57,545 nt of DNA from a virus (lineage: Duplodnaviria > Caudoviricetes). The position numbers and the translations under genes are program-made. The stretch's first letter is position 1. Each line of letters opens with the position of its first letter. Under the pieces are notes generated by a model. The model ran no database searches and was not told the DNA's origin. It saw only the letters and a program-made list of their open reading frames with translations. Below, piece after piece: positions 46,860 through 57,286 of the stretch. The stretch is taken from the IMG/VR virus record IMGVR_UViG_3300034523_000291, positions 1 to 57,545 of that record. The stretch is one strand, 5' to 3'.

Positions 46860-47453
46860 ATGCAGACCTCAGCGATCAACTACCAAACAATGACGACCAT
46901 TCGCTTGCATGGACAGCTCCGGCAGTTCGGGAAGTCGTTCAGGCTTGCGGTGAAGTCGCCAGCCGAGGCCATCAAGGCGCTGTGCGTCCAGATCCCCGGC
47001 TTTGAGCGGTTTCTATCGAATGCTAAGTCACGCGGGCTTGAATTCGCGGTATTTCGCGACAAGCGCAACATTAGCGAGAAAGAACTGGCCTACCACGGCG
47101 CCGGGGATATTCGCATTGCCCCCGTAGTGGTAGGTAGCAAGCGTGGCGGCATTCTTCAGACGATTGTCGGCGCGATTCTGATTGTGGTTGGGGTGGTCTT
47201 TGCGGCCACGCCATTCGGTACTCCTCTTATTGGCGCCGGCATCGGGCTCGTTGCTGGCGGTGTTATCCAGATGCTTAGCCCTCAAGCCAGCGGCCTGAAG
47301 ACTAGTGCTGCCCCCGAGAACACGCCCGGCTATGCCTTCGGCAGCGCCAAGAACACCACCGCATCCGGTAACCCGGTTCCGCTCTGCTATGGAAAGCGGC
47401 GAGTGGGCGGGGCGATCATCAGTGCTGCGATCTACGCCGAAGACCAGATGTAG
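46860..47453 (+). CDS. Tail assembly protein I
   Basis: IRLHG.L..FG..A.EAI.AL..GNPVPLCYG. Confidence 0.9.
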   Translation: MQTSAINYQTMTTIRLHGQLRQFGKSFRLAVKSPAEAIKALCVQIPGFERFLSNAKSRGLEFAVFRDKRNISEKELAYHGAGDIRIAPVVVGSKRGGILQTIVGAILIVVGVVFAATPFGTPLIGAGIGLVAGGVIQMLSPQASGLKTSAAPENTPGYAFGSAKNTTASGNPVPLCYGKRRVGGAIISAAIYAEDQM

Positions 47454-47513
47454 CCAACATTCGTAGTACCGCAGCCGCCCCCCGAGGCGGTTTTTTATTG
47501 CCTGGAGAAAAGC

Positions 47514-50500
47514 ATGGGCGCAGCACAGCAGCTCGATATTTACGGCGCCAAGGGTGGCTCCGAGAAGCCAAAAACGCCCACCGAGGCCCCTGACAGCCTG
47601 CGCTCTATCGCCATTGCCAAAATGCTAATCGCTATCGGTGAAGGAGAATTCGAAGGCACGCCTACCGCGCGCGATATCTTTCTCGACAACACCCCGCTGC
47701 AAGATCCCCAGGGAAACATGAACTTCCCGAACGTGAAGTGGGAGTGGCGCACCGGAGCGGTGGATCAGAGCTATATCCAGGGCATCCCCTCGATCGAAAA
47801 CGAGACCACGATCAGCACCGAGCTGCGCAGCGGGACGCCATGGGTTCGCGCTATCAACAACACGCAGCTCTCTGCTGTTCGTGTGCGTTTCGCATGGCCA
47901 GCGCTCCAGTCCGTGGATGCCGGGGGCAACATCAACGGGTACCGGATTGAGTACAAAGTTGAGTTGGCCACCGACGGCGGCGCCTACCAGCAGGTGCTTA
48001 GCGAAGCGGTCGATGGAAAGACCACCAGCCTTTACGAGCGCACGCGCCGCATCGATCTTCCCAAGGCAATCACCGGCTGGCTGATGCGTATCACGCGCCT
48101 GACCATCAATCAGAACAACAACAAAATCTCCGACACGATGCAGATCTCAGGCTTCACTGAGGTCATCGATGCGAAGGTTCGATACCCAAACACCGCGCTG
48201 CTCTACATTGAGTTCTCCGCCGAGCAGTTCCGCAGTATCCCGGCCGTGACGGTCGAGACCAAGCTGAAAAAAATGCAGGTGCCGAGCAACTACGACCCTG
48301 TATCGCGCACTTACTCTGGCGTGTGGGATGGCACGTTCAAGCAGGCGTGGACTGACAACGCCGCCTGGATGACCTACGACATCACCACGGCCGACCGCTT
48401 CGGCCTGGGCCGGCGCATCAAGCCTTGGATGGTGGACAAGTGGGAGCTGTATCGCATCTCGCAGTACTGCGACCAACTGGTGCCGGACGGGAAGGGCGGC
48501 CAGGAGCCACGCTTCATCTGCAACCTGAACCTGCAGAGCAAAGCCGACGCCTGGTCACTGCTGCGTGACATCTCGGCGATCTACCGAGGCATGACCTATT
48601 GGGCCCAGGGTCAGGTGTTCACCCTTTCGGACATGCCGCGCGCTACCGACTTCGACTTCGCTTACACCCGGGCCAACGTCATTGACGGCAAGTTCACTTA
48701 CTCCAGTGCTTCGGAGCGCACCCGGTACACCCGGGCGCTGATCAGCTACGACAATCCACTGAACAACTACGACACTGACGTTACTGCTGTGACTGATGCC
48801 AAGCTGCAGCGTCGCTACGGCGACAACCCGCTGGAGATCAGTGCCATCGGTTGTACTCGTGAGTCGGAAGCGCAGCGCCGCGGTAAGTGGGCGCTGCTTA
48901 CCAACTCCAAGGACCGGGCCGTTACCTTCAAGGTCGGTCTGGACGGGCGTATCCCGCTGCCTGGCTACGTAATTCCTATCGCGGACGAACTGCTGGCTGG
49001 GCGCCCCGTGGGTGGGCGTATCTCCGCAGTGAATGGCAAGGTCATCACGCTGGACCGCGATACTCAGGCCAAGCCCGGTGACCGGCTGATCCTCAACCTG
49101 CCAGACGGCAAGTGCGAGGGGCGAACCGTGCAGTTGGTCAGCGGCCGGCAGGTCACCGTTACCGTTGCCTACTCCGTTCCGCCCGAACCTGAACTGGTGT
49201 GGGCGCTGGATGCCGACGATTTGGCAATCCCGTTGTACAGGGTGGTAAGCGTGGCCCGCCCGGAGCCAGGCGTGTTCGAGATCTCGGCCGTGCAGTACGA
49301 TCCAAGCAAGTTCGCTCACATCGACACCGGGGCGCGGCTTGAAGAACGGCCAATCAGCGTTGTGCCAATCACCGTAGTTCCCGCGCCGGCAAGCGTCACG
49401 CTCACATCGAGCTACGCCGTGAACCAGGGCATCGCGATTAGCACCATGAACATCTCGTGGCCGGCTGTCACCGGCGCCGTCGCGTATGACGTGGAGTGGC
49501 GTAAGGACAGCGGCAACTGGATCAAACTGCAGCGCACTGGCGCAACAAGCGTGGACGTCACCGGCATCTACTCAGGCGCCTACCTCGCCCGGGTGCGCTC
49601 GGTGAGCGCTTTCGAGATCTCGTCTATCTGGAAGAGCTCCAACCTGACCAACCTGGAAGGGAAGGTTGGCTTGCCGCCGGCGGTTTCGTTCCTGACCACC
49701 ACCAGCGAACTGTTCGGCATCGGCATCAAGTGGGGCTTCCCTGCTGGCGCCGAGGATACTCAGCGCACCGAGCTATGGTATGGCCCGGCCAGTGACCTGA
49801 GAGCATCGACCAAGCTGGCAGACCTGGCTTATCCGCAGGCTGATTACCGCATGCAGTCGCTGCTGGCGGGCGCAACCCTGTTCTTCTGGGCGCGCTTGGT
49901 GGACCGCACCGGCAACATCGGGCCGTTTTATCCGGTTGTGAATGGGGTGATGGGCCAGGCCAGTTCGGATGCTGGGCCCATCCTTGAGCAGATCAAAGGG
50001 CAGATTGACGAAACCGCCCTGGGCCAGCACCTGAAGGACCGAATCGACCTGATCGACGGAAACGGACCAGGCTCGGTGAACGGTCGCATTGACGCGGCCA
50101 AGGATGAGCTGGAGCAGCTGATCGGGGAGGTGGTCGATGCGCTGGAGTACGTTCCATCCAAGGCCTACGCGCTGAACGACATCGTTCGCGTGGGCCAGCA
50201 CCTGTACCAGGCCAACGGCGCGGTGCCGGCGAACAACCCGCCGCCTAACGCCACCTATTGGACCGACATCGGCACCGTCACGCAGACGGTCAACGCCCTG
50301 GTGACCCAGGTTCAGCAGAACTCGGCGACGATTAACCAGCACGGCCAGGACATCACCGCCCAGGCCTCGCAGCTGAACGCGGTGAAAACCACGGTGAACG
50401 ATCCTGTCACCGGCGTAACCGCCACAGCGAGCGGGCTTAGCACGCTCAAGACCTCGGTGACCACGCTCGACAACAAGGTCACCACCACGGCGCAGCGCGT

Positions 50501-51239
50501 CGATGGTATTTACCTGCAGGTCAACCCGCCTCTCCAGGGTGACGACAGTGCGCTTATGGGGTCGGAGGCGAGCTACGTGGGGGTATGGTCAACCCAGTCC
50601 GCGCTTATTGAGGGCGACCTGGCGCAAGGCCAGCGCACGGACGCGGTGGAGGCCAGCGTTGCGGCTAACGCTGCGGCGATCGTCAGCGAGCAAACCGCAC
50701 GCATCAATGCCGACGGCGCCCTGTCGTCCAGCATCGAAACCGTTAAGACAACGCTCAACGGTAATACCGCGGCGATCCAGACCAATGCCACGGCCATCCA
50801 AGCAGTGAACGGAAAGGTGACGCTGAGCTGGTCGGTGCGACTGCAGTACGAGTCCGCTACGGGAGTATACAAGTGGGCAGGGGTGGGCCTGGGACTGGAG
50901 AACGGGCCGGGTGGCCTGCAGTCGAAGTTCGTCATCGACGCAGACCTTTTCGCCATCGGGCAGGCAGGTACGGTGCCGTTCGCTGTGCAGGGTGGGCAGA
51001 CCTTCATCAAGGCCGCGTTTATCCAAGACGGCACGATAACCAACGCCAAGATCGGGGCTTACATCAGTTCGACCAACTACATCGCGGGTCAGCAAGGATG
51101 GATCCTAAACAAGGATGGCACCTTTGAGATTAACGGCGTCGTCCCTGGGCAAGGCCGTTCGATCATGACGAATCGGTCTTTGCGTTTTTGGGATGTGAAT
51201 AACGTCAAACGGGTGCAAATCGGAGATCTAACAGAATGA
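47514..51239 (+). CDS. Tail tip/host specificity protein J
   Basis: Lambda J motifs, FN3 region, DUF1983-like C-terminus. Confidence 0.93.
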   Translation: MGAAQQLDIYGAKGGSEKPKTPTEAPDSLRSIAIAKMLIAIGEGEFEGTPTARDIFLDNTPLQDPQGNMNFPNVKWEWRTGAVDQSYIQGIPSIENETTISTELRSGTPWVRAINNTQLSAVRVRFAWPALQSVDAGGNINGYRIEYKVELATDGGAYQQVLSEAVDGKTTSLYERTRRIDLPKAITGWLMRITRLTINQNNNKISDTMQISGFTEVIDAKVRYPNTALLYIEFSAEQFRSIPAVTVETKLKKMQVPSNYDPVSRTYSGVWDGTFKQAWTDNAAWMTYDITTADRFGLGRRIKPWMVDKWELYRISQYCDQLVPDGKGGQEPRFICNLNLQSKADAWSLLRDISAIYRGMTYWAQGQVFTLSDMPRATDFDFAYTRANVIDGKFTYSSASERTRYTRALISYDNPLNNYDTDVTAVTDAKLQRRYGDNPLEISAIGCTRESEAQRRGKWALLTNSKDRAVTFKVGLDGRIPLPGYVIPIADELLAGRPVGGRISAVNGKVITLDRDTQAKPGDRLILNLPDGKCEGRTVQLVSGRQVTVTVAYSVPPEPELVWALDADDLAIPLYRVVSVARPEPGVFEISAVQYDPSKFAHIDTGARLEERPISVVPITVVPAPASVTLTSSYAVNQGIAISTMNISWPAVTGAVAYDVEWRKDSGNWIKLQRTGATSVDVTGIYSGAYLARVRSVSAFEISSIWKSSNLTNLEGKVGLPPAVSFLTTTSELFGIGIKWGFPAGAEDTQRTELWYGPASDLRASTKLADLAYPQADYRMQSLLAGATLFFWARLVDRTGNIGPFYPVVNGVMGQASSDAGPILEQIKGQIDETALGQHLKDRIDLIDGNGPGSVNGRIDAAKDELEQLIGEVVDALEYVPSKAYALNDIVRVGQHLYQANGAVPANNPPPNATYWTDIGTVTQTVNALVTQVQQNSATINQHGQDITAQASQLNAVKTTVNDPVTGVTATASGLSTLKTSVTTLDNKVTTTAQRVDGIYLQVNPPLQGDDSALMGSEASYVGVWSTQSALIEGDLAQGQRTDAVEASVAANAAAIVSEQTARINADGALSSSIETVKTTLNGNTAAIQTNATAIQAVNGKVTLSWSVRLQYESATGVYKWAGVGLGLENGPGGLQSKFVIDADLFAIGQAGTVPFAVQGGQTFIKAAFIQDGTITNAKIGAYISSTNYIAGQQGWILNKDGTFEINGVVPGQGRSIMTNRSLRFWDVNNVKRVQIGDLTE

Positions 51240-51562
51240 GCTCGGGAGTTCGCATATGGGGGCCGACTGGACTTCTGGAACTGGATGAAAATTCATTTAC
51301 TGTAATGGTTGTACATTCAGAGATAGTTCAGTCGAGCGGTCGCAGCCGCTTTATAGCTATCCCAGGCGTCAGCCCATCTACACATTCGGCAGTTTGCGTC
51401 CCAATTGCTGCATATGACACAACCGCACAAATGTGGACGGCGATTCAATATACGCCAATTGTAACTTCCGGAGGGGTTACAGTTTATTTTGGAAGTCCAG
51501 CAGCCAATACCGGGCCAACTGGTTCAAGCCCACAAAGATTGCTAGTTATGAGGTATCGCTAA
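51236..51562 (+). CDS. Tail tip accessory protein
   Basis: GVRIWG..G..LDENS; coupled to J. Confidence 0.7.
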   Translation: MSSGVRIWGPTGLLELDENSFTVMVVHSEIVQSSGRSRFIAIPGVSPSTHSAVCVPIAAYDTTAQMWTAIQYTPIVTSGGVTVYFGSPAANTGPTGSSPQRLLVMRYR

Positions 51563-52227
51563 TGTCTTTCGGAATGAGGTTCACAAACGATTCCGATGTT
51601 GTGACTCTTGACTCTGAATTCTCAAGGCTTGTTGTGCTTGAGAAAGGCTCATGGAGCGGGAACGGCTCAGGGGTTTATGTGCCATTTGCTAAGACAGTTA
51701 CGACCGATGAACCGCCGCTTGTATTTGTTAGGCCTGATGCAGCAAATGGTTATGTTTACTTTTGCCTTATTCATGGGGGAAGGGGGGCTTGGACTGGTTT
51801 TAGTTTTCAAGCTAATAGGAATATATCTACCAATGGTAAATGGTTTAGTGGGTCCTTCGCTTCGCAGGCTAAAGCAGAATATGGACTTCGCTTGTGGGAT
51901 TCATCCTCCAAACTCCTGTTTGATAGCGGGACGCCTTGCGCGCAATTTACGAGAACTATCACGGGCTGGACATACCTTGGCGCAGTAGGCAATCCGCCAG
52001 GGTCTGGGCAGTATAGGTATAGTTGGACCGCGCCCTCACCTCTCGATACTGGCGACTATATGCTCTTGAACAATATTGCCATGGATATTGCTGGTGTCGT
52101 ATCTAGGCAAGGAAACATATATGCAATTTGGGAGTATGGCAATAATCGTCTAGTTATTCAGGCGGTGGGGGTTGATCTCCCATCTGCGCTTTATATGCCA
52201 GTCGTTTTTGCTAAGCCGATTAGTTGA
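51562..52227 (+). CDS. Tail tip accessory protein
   Basis: YGLRLWD..LLFDSG motif. Confidence 0.7.
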   Translation: MSFGMRFTNDSDVVTLDSEFSRLVVLEKGSWSGNGSGVYVPFAKTVTTDEPPLVFVRPDAANGYVYFCLIHGGRGAWTGFSFQANRNISTNGKWFSGSFASQAKAEYGLRLWDSSSKLLFDSGTPCAQFTRTITGWTYLGAVGNPPGSGQYRYSWTAPSPLDTGDYMLLNNIAMDIAGVVSRQGNIYAIWEYGNNRLVIQAVGVDLPSALYMPVVFAKPIS

Positions 52228-52259
52228 ATTATAAATTAATTTGGAAGGGCTCATAATTT

Positions 52260-53033
52260 ATGGCAAGACAAGAAATCAACCTTGGCGCGGCACCAACCGG
52301 CGCCGGTGGAGATACCACGCGCAGCACTGCCGTGAAAATAAATGCGATGACCTTAGAGCTCTACCAGGGAATTGGTACCCCTGCTGCGCCTCTTCCGGTT
52401 TCAAAAGGTGGGAATGGCGGAGCAGCTATCGTAATCGGTAACGGCGCCAACTGCGATACGCTAGTCGACGCATCTTTGTATGCGTTGAACGGTACTTTTA
52501 CTAATGGGCCTCCATCGTTTGGGTCTGCTGCTTTTTTCTTGCGGGTTTCCGTGCATGGCGTCGGATACGAAGCACAGGAAGCGTTCGGCATTACCCATGG
52601 CGGACGCGCCGAGCGTCGTAGGATTAACGGTGTATGGCAGCCCTGGGCCAATATATACAACGGAATAAACGCCACGCTTGATCCAACCGGCACTGGAGCG
52701 GGTCTTATGTCTAGTGCGTTAGTTGGTGGTTATGCTGTAAGTAAATACGCCAACGGCGAAATAAATGTTAGAGGGACTGCGCCATTAACCGCAAGCTTTG
52801 CGGCAAACGAATTACGGGTAGTTATGGTAACGCTGCCCATTACTTTAGTTAACGGCGCCATAGGATTCGCTTATAAATCTAGTACGAATGCGCAACCGCA
52901 ACAGACCTATGATTTTTATGGGGTTATTGCGGAGTATATGTCGGATACTAGCACCGCGGCTTTCGTCATAAGAAATGGGTTAACCGTTCAAACATTTCAA
53001 CCAACTATTAACGTATGGGGGCGCTGGAAGTGA
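52260..53033 (+). CDS. Tail fibre protein
   Basis: QEINLG.AP.G.GGD..R; knob-like W.PW; ends GRWK. Confidence 0.8.
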   Translation: MARQEINLGAAPTGAGGDTTRSTAVKINAMTLELYQGIGTPAAPLPVSKGGNGGAAIVIGNGANCDTLVDASLYALNGTFTNGPPSFGSAAFFLRVSVHGVGYEAQEAFGITHGGRAERRRINGVWQPWANIYNGINATLDPTGTGAGLMSSALVGGYAVSKYANGEINVRGTAPLTASFAANELRVVMVTLPITLVNGAIGFAYKSSTNAQPQQTYDFYGVIAEYMSDTSTAAFVIRNGLTVQTFQPTINVWGRWK

Positions 53034-53416
53034 AGATTAAGATGTTTCCTTTTTTGTCCGATTGGCCGCTTGAGGCTTCTGTGTCGGGCGATGTAATCAC
53101 CATCAACGGTGAAGACATTGATTTGTCTGGTATACCGGACGGATACCGTCTCCCCGCATCCGCTGTGGGCAATAAATTCTTTCTCAGTGGTTCAGGCGAC
53201 TACGTGGAAAGGATAGGTAGAACTCTTCATTTTTCTTTAAAGCTTCCGGTAAGTATGGAGAGCCCCAATGAATATCGTAGTCCACTAGAACCTATGATTA
53301 TTGATGCGCGCAGTGGTCCGGTGAAGTTTCCCGACACCTCGCCTGTAGTGATCCCTGCAGCTGAACTTCCTGATATCCGAGAAGGACAAGAAAATGGTGG
53401 ACTTGAGCAAGCTTGA
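53030..53416 (+). CDS. Tail fibre-associated protein
   Basis: GDVITINGE..DLS.IPDG..LP. Confidence 0.7.
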   Translation: MKIKMFPFLSDWPLEASVSGDVITINGEDIDLSGIPDGYRLPASAVGNKFFLSGSGDYVERIGRTLHFSLKLPVSMESPNEYRSPLEPMIIDARSGPVKFPDTSPVVIPAAELPDIREGQENGGLEQA

Positions 53417-53606
53417 ACCGATTAAAACGGCGCAAGACATAACGGATGAATTGAGCCTGGGTCAGGCTCGGGCGTACCTGAGCCAGACCAACTGGCATGC
53501 CTTCGCTCTGCTTGAGGATGGCACACCGATTCCGGACGACATCAAAGAAGCACGCGCAGCAGCTCGCGCAACCATCAACCGGTTGAGCCCTCCACCAGCG
53601 TCTTGA
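53394..53606 (+). CDS. Tail fibre assembly-like small protein
   Basis: ARAYL..T.W..E.G.PIP.DI..R..AR. Confidence 0.65.
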   Translation: MVDLSKLEPIKTAQDITDELSLGQARAYLSQTNWHAFALLEDGTPIPDDIKEARAAARATINRLSPPPAS

Positions 53607-53664
53607 GTTTTTGCCAAACACCGCCACCCGCCATGAGCGGGTATTTTTTTGCCTGGAGAAAGTT

Positions 53665-54198
53665 ATGCCGATCACCGAGCAGCAATTGCTGCATATCTTA
53701 CCGAACGCCGGCCGCCAAGCCGGCGTTTTTGTTCCTGCCTTAAACACGGCCATGAGCCGTTACGGCATCGTGGGCACCGTGCGGGTGGCGGCGTTCATCG
53801 CCCAAGTAGGGCACGAATCTGGACAGTTGCGATGGGTGCGCGAAATCTGGGGCCCCACCGCGCAGCAGGCCGGCTACGAAGGCCGCGCGGACCTGGGCAA
53901 TACACAGAAGGGCGACGGCTCCAAGTACCGCGGGCGCGGCCTGATCCAGATCACGGGCCGGGCGAATTACACGGCATGCGGCGAGGCGTTGGGCCTGGAC
54001 CTCATCAGCAATCCGGAACTGCTGGAGCTACCGCAGCACGCCGCGATGTCGGCGGCTTGGTTCTGGTCGACTAATGGGCTGAATACACTCGCTGATCAGG
54101 GGCAGTTCGCGAAGATCACCAGGCGTATCAATGGCGGGCTCACCGGCCAGGACGACCGCCAGGCGCTATACGATAAGGCGCTGAAGGTGCTGGTATGA
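53665..54198 (+). CDS. Endolysin, glycoside hydrolase family 19
   Basis: AFIAQVGHESG, YRGRGLIQITG..NY, RRINGG. Confidence 0.93.
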   Translation: MPITEQQLLHILPNAGRQAGVFVPALNTAMSRYGIVGTVRVAAFIAQVGHESGQLRWVREIWGPTAQQAGYEGRADLGNTQKGDGSKYRGRGLIQITGRANYTACGEALGLDLISNPELLELPQHAAMSAAWFWSTNGLNTLADQGQFAKITRRINGGLTGQDDRQALYDKALKVLV

Positions 54199-54713
54199 CG
54201 CCGGTGCAGAAGCTGGCGGGCCTATTGGTGCTGATGCTGGGGCTGATGGCCGGTACCGCGGGCGTGACCTGGCAGGTGCAGAACTGGCGGATGGGCAAGA
54301 AGCTGTCCGAGCAGGCCGGCCTGCATCAAGAAGATCTGACCAGGATCAGCATGGTCGCTGCCGCCCAGGCCCGCGCCGATCAGAGCAAGCGCCTGGCCAC
54401 CGAGCAACAGCTCGCCATCCAGGACCAACAACACATACGAGAATTATCCGATGCTCAACGTACCCAGGCTGCTCTGCGCGATCGCCTTGCCACTGCTGAT
54501 GTGCGGCTGTCAGTCCTTGTCGACGCAGCGGATACAGCCCGTGGCTGCAATGTGCCTACCGCCGCCGGCGCCGTCGGCGTGGTTCATGCAGCCCGTCGAG
54601 CCCAACTTGACCCAGCGCATGCTCATCGAATTATCTCCATCACCGATGCCGGCGACCAAGGATTGATCGCGCTGCGGGCGTGCCAGGCGTATGTCAGGGC
54701 CATTGCGCCCTGA
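54195..54713 (+). CDS. i-spanin (Rz)
   Basis: N-terminal TM, coiled coil, ALRACQAYV. Confidence 0.88.
   Translation: MTPVQKLAGLLVLMLGLMAGTAGVTWQVQNWRMGKKLSEQAGLHQEDLTRISMVAAAQARADQSKRLATEQQLAIQDQQHIRELSDAQRTQAALRDRLATADVRLSVLVDAADTARGCNVPTAAGAVGVVHAARRAQLDPAHAHRIISITDAGDQGLIALRACQAYVRAIAP
54451..54666 (+). CDS. o-spanin (Rz1) nested in Rz
   Basis: Hydrophobic leader ending LMCGC; Pro-rich CLPPPAPSAWFM; different frame within Rz. Confidence 0.8.
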   Translation: MLNVPRLLCAIALPLLMCGCQSLSTQRIQPVAAMCLPPPAPSAWFMQPVEPNLTQRMLIELSPSPMPATKD

Positions 54714-54780
54714 CCTACATGCCCAATCGCAAAAATTAGCATGACCCCAAAAAACACCCACTTTGCAAAGGATTGCAAAA

Positions 54781-55575
54781 ATGACAAACCCAATCGTTCC
54801 ATGGATGGGCGGCAAGCGTCGCTTGGCTGATCGCCTCATTCCTCTTTTCCCACCGCACGAATGCTACGTTGAAGTTTTTGCTGGTGGTGCTGCGCTTTAC
54901 TTCATGCGCCCTCAGGCCGCCCCGGTTGAAGTTCTCAACGATATCAATGGCGATCTGGTGACGTTGTACCGGGTCGTGCAGAACCACATGGAGGAGTTCG
55001 TACGCCAGTTCAAATGGGCCCTGAGCTCGCGCCAAGTGTTTGAGTGGCAGAAGATGACCCGACCGGAAACCCTCACCGATATCCAGCGAGCTGCCCGTTT
55101 TTTCTACCTGCAGCACCACGCCTTCGCCGGGAAGGTCAGCGGCCAGACCTTCGGCACTGCTACTACGGGCCCGGCTATTAATCTGTTGCGGATTGAAGAG
55201 AACCTTTCCGCAGCCTGGCAGCGCCTCTCCGGAACCTATGTCGAAAACTTAGGGTGGCTCGAATGCGCCGAGCGCTACGACCGGCCCCACACCTTCCACT
55301 ACATGGACCCACCTTACTGGCAGACCGCGGGCTACGGGGTGGACTTTCCGTTCGAAAACTATGAGCGAATGGCCGACTTCATGCGTCGTTGCAAAGGCAA
55401 GGTCATGGTGAGTATTAACGACCATCCTGATATCCGGCGGGTGTTTGAAGGGTTCCACTTTGAAACGCTGGACATTCGCTACAGCACCACCAATCAGCGA
55501 CAAGGAAAAGCCGAGGTCAGCGGCGAGCTTGTGATCATGAACTGGAAACCTTCTGACCTCGGCGGGCTGTTTTAG
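54781..55575 (+). CDS. DNA adenine methyltransferase (Dam/D12 class)
   Basis: WMGGK, YVEVFAGG, NDIN, DPPY. Confidence 0.92.
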   Translation: MTNPIVPWMGGKRRLADRLIPLFPPHECYVEVFAGGAALYFMRPQAAPVEVLNDINGDLVTLYRVVQNHMEEFVRQFKWALSSRQVFEWQKMTRPETLTDIQRAARFFYLQHHAFAGKVSGQTFGTATTGPAINLLRIEENLSAAWQRLSGTYVENLGWLECAERYDRPHTFHYMDPPYWQTAGYGVDFPFENYERMADFMRRCKGKVMVSINDHPDIRRVFEGFHFETLDIRYSTTNQRQGKAEVSGELVIMNWKPSDLGGLF

Positions 55576-56252
55576 GGTGCAGGTAGTATCAGGTTGGGCC
55601 CCTTGTTCCGGACGTTCCCAACGGCCGTATCGACCTTGAACCATTCAAAGGCATCTGCTGGCTCGCCCTGGTGCAGTACCATCTGCTCGGCGCGTTCCTT
55701 GGGCGTGGCCGGGTCCAACCATTCACGGGCAAGTTCAGGACTCAGCACAACGGGCCGCCGGTCATGGATGTCCACCATGCCGCCGGCGCTGTCGGCGGTG
55801 ATGATCACGAAGCCGTCATGCTCACCTGGGCCTTCGTCAGCGTTGGACAACTGGCCGATAGCTGCGCAGTAGATCGGCGCGCGGTCGCGCCGGCGGATCA
55901 GGTAGGGCTGCTTCTTCGGCCCACCCTCATCGACCCATTCAAACCAGTTATTGATCGGTGTGATTGCTCGGTGCGGCCAGATTGCCCGGAAGAACGGGCC
56001 GTGGGCCACCTTCTCGACACGAGCGTTGATCGGCGCGGCGCGGTCCTTGGCCCAATGCGGTCGCCATCCCCAGCTCACCGGATCAGCCAGCAGCAATTCG
56101 CCTTGTACATGGAGCAGGGCGACCTGAGTGGTGGGGGCGACGTTGTATCGTTCCAGAGGCAGCTCGCCAACTGAGTTGACCATGGCATTCGGCATGCTTA
56201 GGGCCGCAACGAAGTCATGAATGCCGCTGTACTGTGAAAGGCGTCCGCACAT
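55572..56252 (-). CDS. SOS response-associated peptidase (SRAP/HMCES/YedK-like)
   Basis: N-terminal MCGR, YNVAPT, INARVE, IHDRRP. Confidence 0.92.
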   Translation of the reverse strand: MCGRLSQYSGIHDFVAALSMPNAMVNSVGELPLERYNVAPTTQVALLHVQGELLLADPVSWGWRPHWAKDRAAPINARVEKVAHGPFFRAIWPHRAITPINNWFEWVDEGGPKKQPYLIRRRDRAPIYCAAIGQLSNADEGPGEHDGFVIITADSAGGMVDIHDRRPVVLSPELAREWLDPATPKERAEQMVLHQGEPADAFEWFKVDTAVGNVRNKGPNLILPAP

Positions 56253-56335
56253 GACTGTCTCCGCTCGTCGGGCTTGATGAACAGCCGCGCGCCGGCCGAT
56301 CTCTACACTGTAGACACCGGCACCGGAGATTCGTC

Positions 56336-56545
56336 ATGACAACCGATATACAGCAGGTCAACGAGATGGAAGCGTGGCATGCGCTGCTCAATGACGCCGA
56401 ATTCACGGCAGGTGGACCCGAGTATCGCTATGAAACGCGCCTGGCACTGGCCGACAATATGCTGGAGCGAGGCGTGATTGACAGCGGAGAATGGCGCGAG
56501 CTGGTCGAGGAGGCTGTTGCTGGTTATGCGGACGACGTCGGCTGA
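56336..56545 (+). CDS. Small acidic hypothetical protein
   Basis: GGAGA SD; 69 aa. Confidence 0.65.
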   Translation: MTTDIQQVNEMEAWHALLNDAEFTAGGPEYRYETRLALADNMLERGVIDSGEWRELVEEAVAGYADDVG

Positions 56546-57249
56546 GTGCCAGCTGTACTGACAAAGCCGTTACCTGCGCAGTTGCTGCAATCTTCGCGCT
56601 GTCCGAATCGGTCCAGGCAGGCACCGCACTTGGTGAACTGGGCAGAGAGGAGTAGGGGGCGGGCCTTTCGATAGCTCTCAAAATCGCGGCTTTCCAAGGC
56701 GACCTGTGCGCAATCTACCAGCGCACGATAGGTATCGGCATCGCAGATGATTGGGTAGACCTTCCCATAGATAAACTGCGCGGTCTGTACCAAATCGTAC
56801 AGCTCACCAGATGGCGCGGTAAGCACCAGCCCATTTATCGCCCAAGCCTGGTTGTCGCTCCGAAACACCAAACGCAAGTCAGTCTTATCGCGAAATACCT
56901 TTCCATCAAACCCATCAGTACCTGGGCCTATGGCTGAGTAGTAGGTGTTGCTTCGGATGTACCCGATGCACTCCGATGCCGCTCGTTGAATGACGTCATA
57001 GTAGCCGCCATACGTGTACCCAGCAGGCATGGTGACCAGCTCTTCAACGGCATGCCAGTAAGCCGCGTCGGCCAGCTCATCCATATCAAATTTTTCCATC
57101 TCGTCAATGACCCCTGCCTCCAACATGTCCCGAGTCTCCCAACGGCACATCATTCGATGAGCTTCGGGGTTATCGATCCGGGACGCGCTGTCGTCGAGGA
57201 TTCTTCGCCATTTGGCCAGCCATTCCTTTTTGAGTTCTGTAGGGGGCAT
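56524..57249 (-). CDS. SOS-boxed hypothetical protein with C-terminal zinc finger
   Basis: CGAC..CSNCAGNG; LexA box upstream. Confidence 0.75.
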   Translation of the reverse strand: MPPTELKKEWLAKWRRILDDSASRIDNPEAHRMMCRWETRDMLEAGVIDEMEKFDMDELADAAYWHAVEELVTMPAGYTYGGYYDVIQRAASECIGYIRSNTYYSAIGPGTDGFDGKVFRDKTDLRLVFRSDNQAWAINGLVLTAPSGELYDLVQTAQFIYGKVYPIICDADTYRALVDCAQVALESRDFESYRKARPLLLSAQFTKCGACLDRFGQREDCSNCAGNGFVSTAGTQPTSSA

Positions 57250-57270
57250 GTGAGTGACTGCTTATTTCTA

Positions 57271-57286
57271 CTGTATGGGTATACAG
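57271..57286. promoter_or_regulatory. LexA (SOS) box
   Basis: CTGTATGGGTATACAG (CTG-N10-CAG). Confidence 0.82.

Noticed and set aside
47514-53606. Diversity-generating retroelement or invertible tail fibre system
   Set aside because: No reverse transcriptase, invertase or TR/VR repeat pair seen
27007-54713. Split lysis cassette (holin far from endolysin and spanins)
   Set aside because: Real, but a common layout in Pseudomonas prophages
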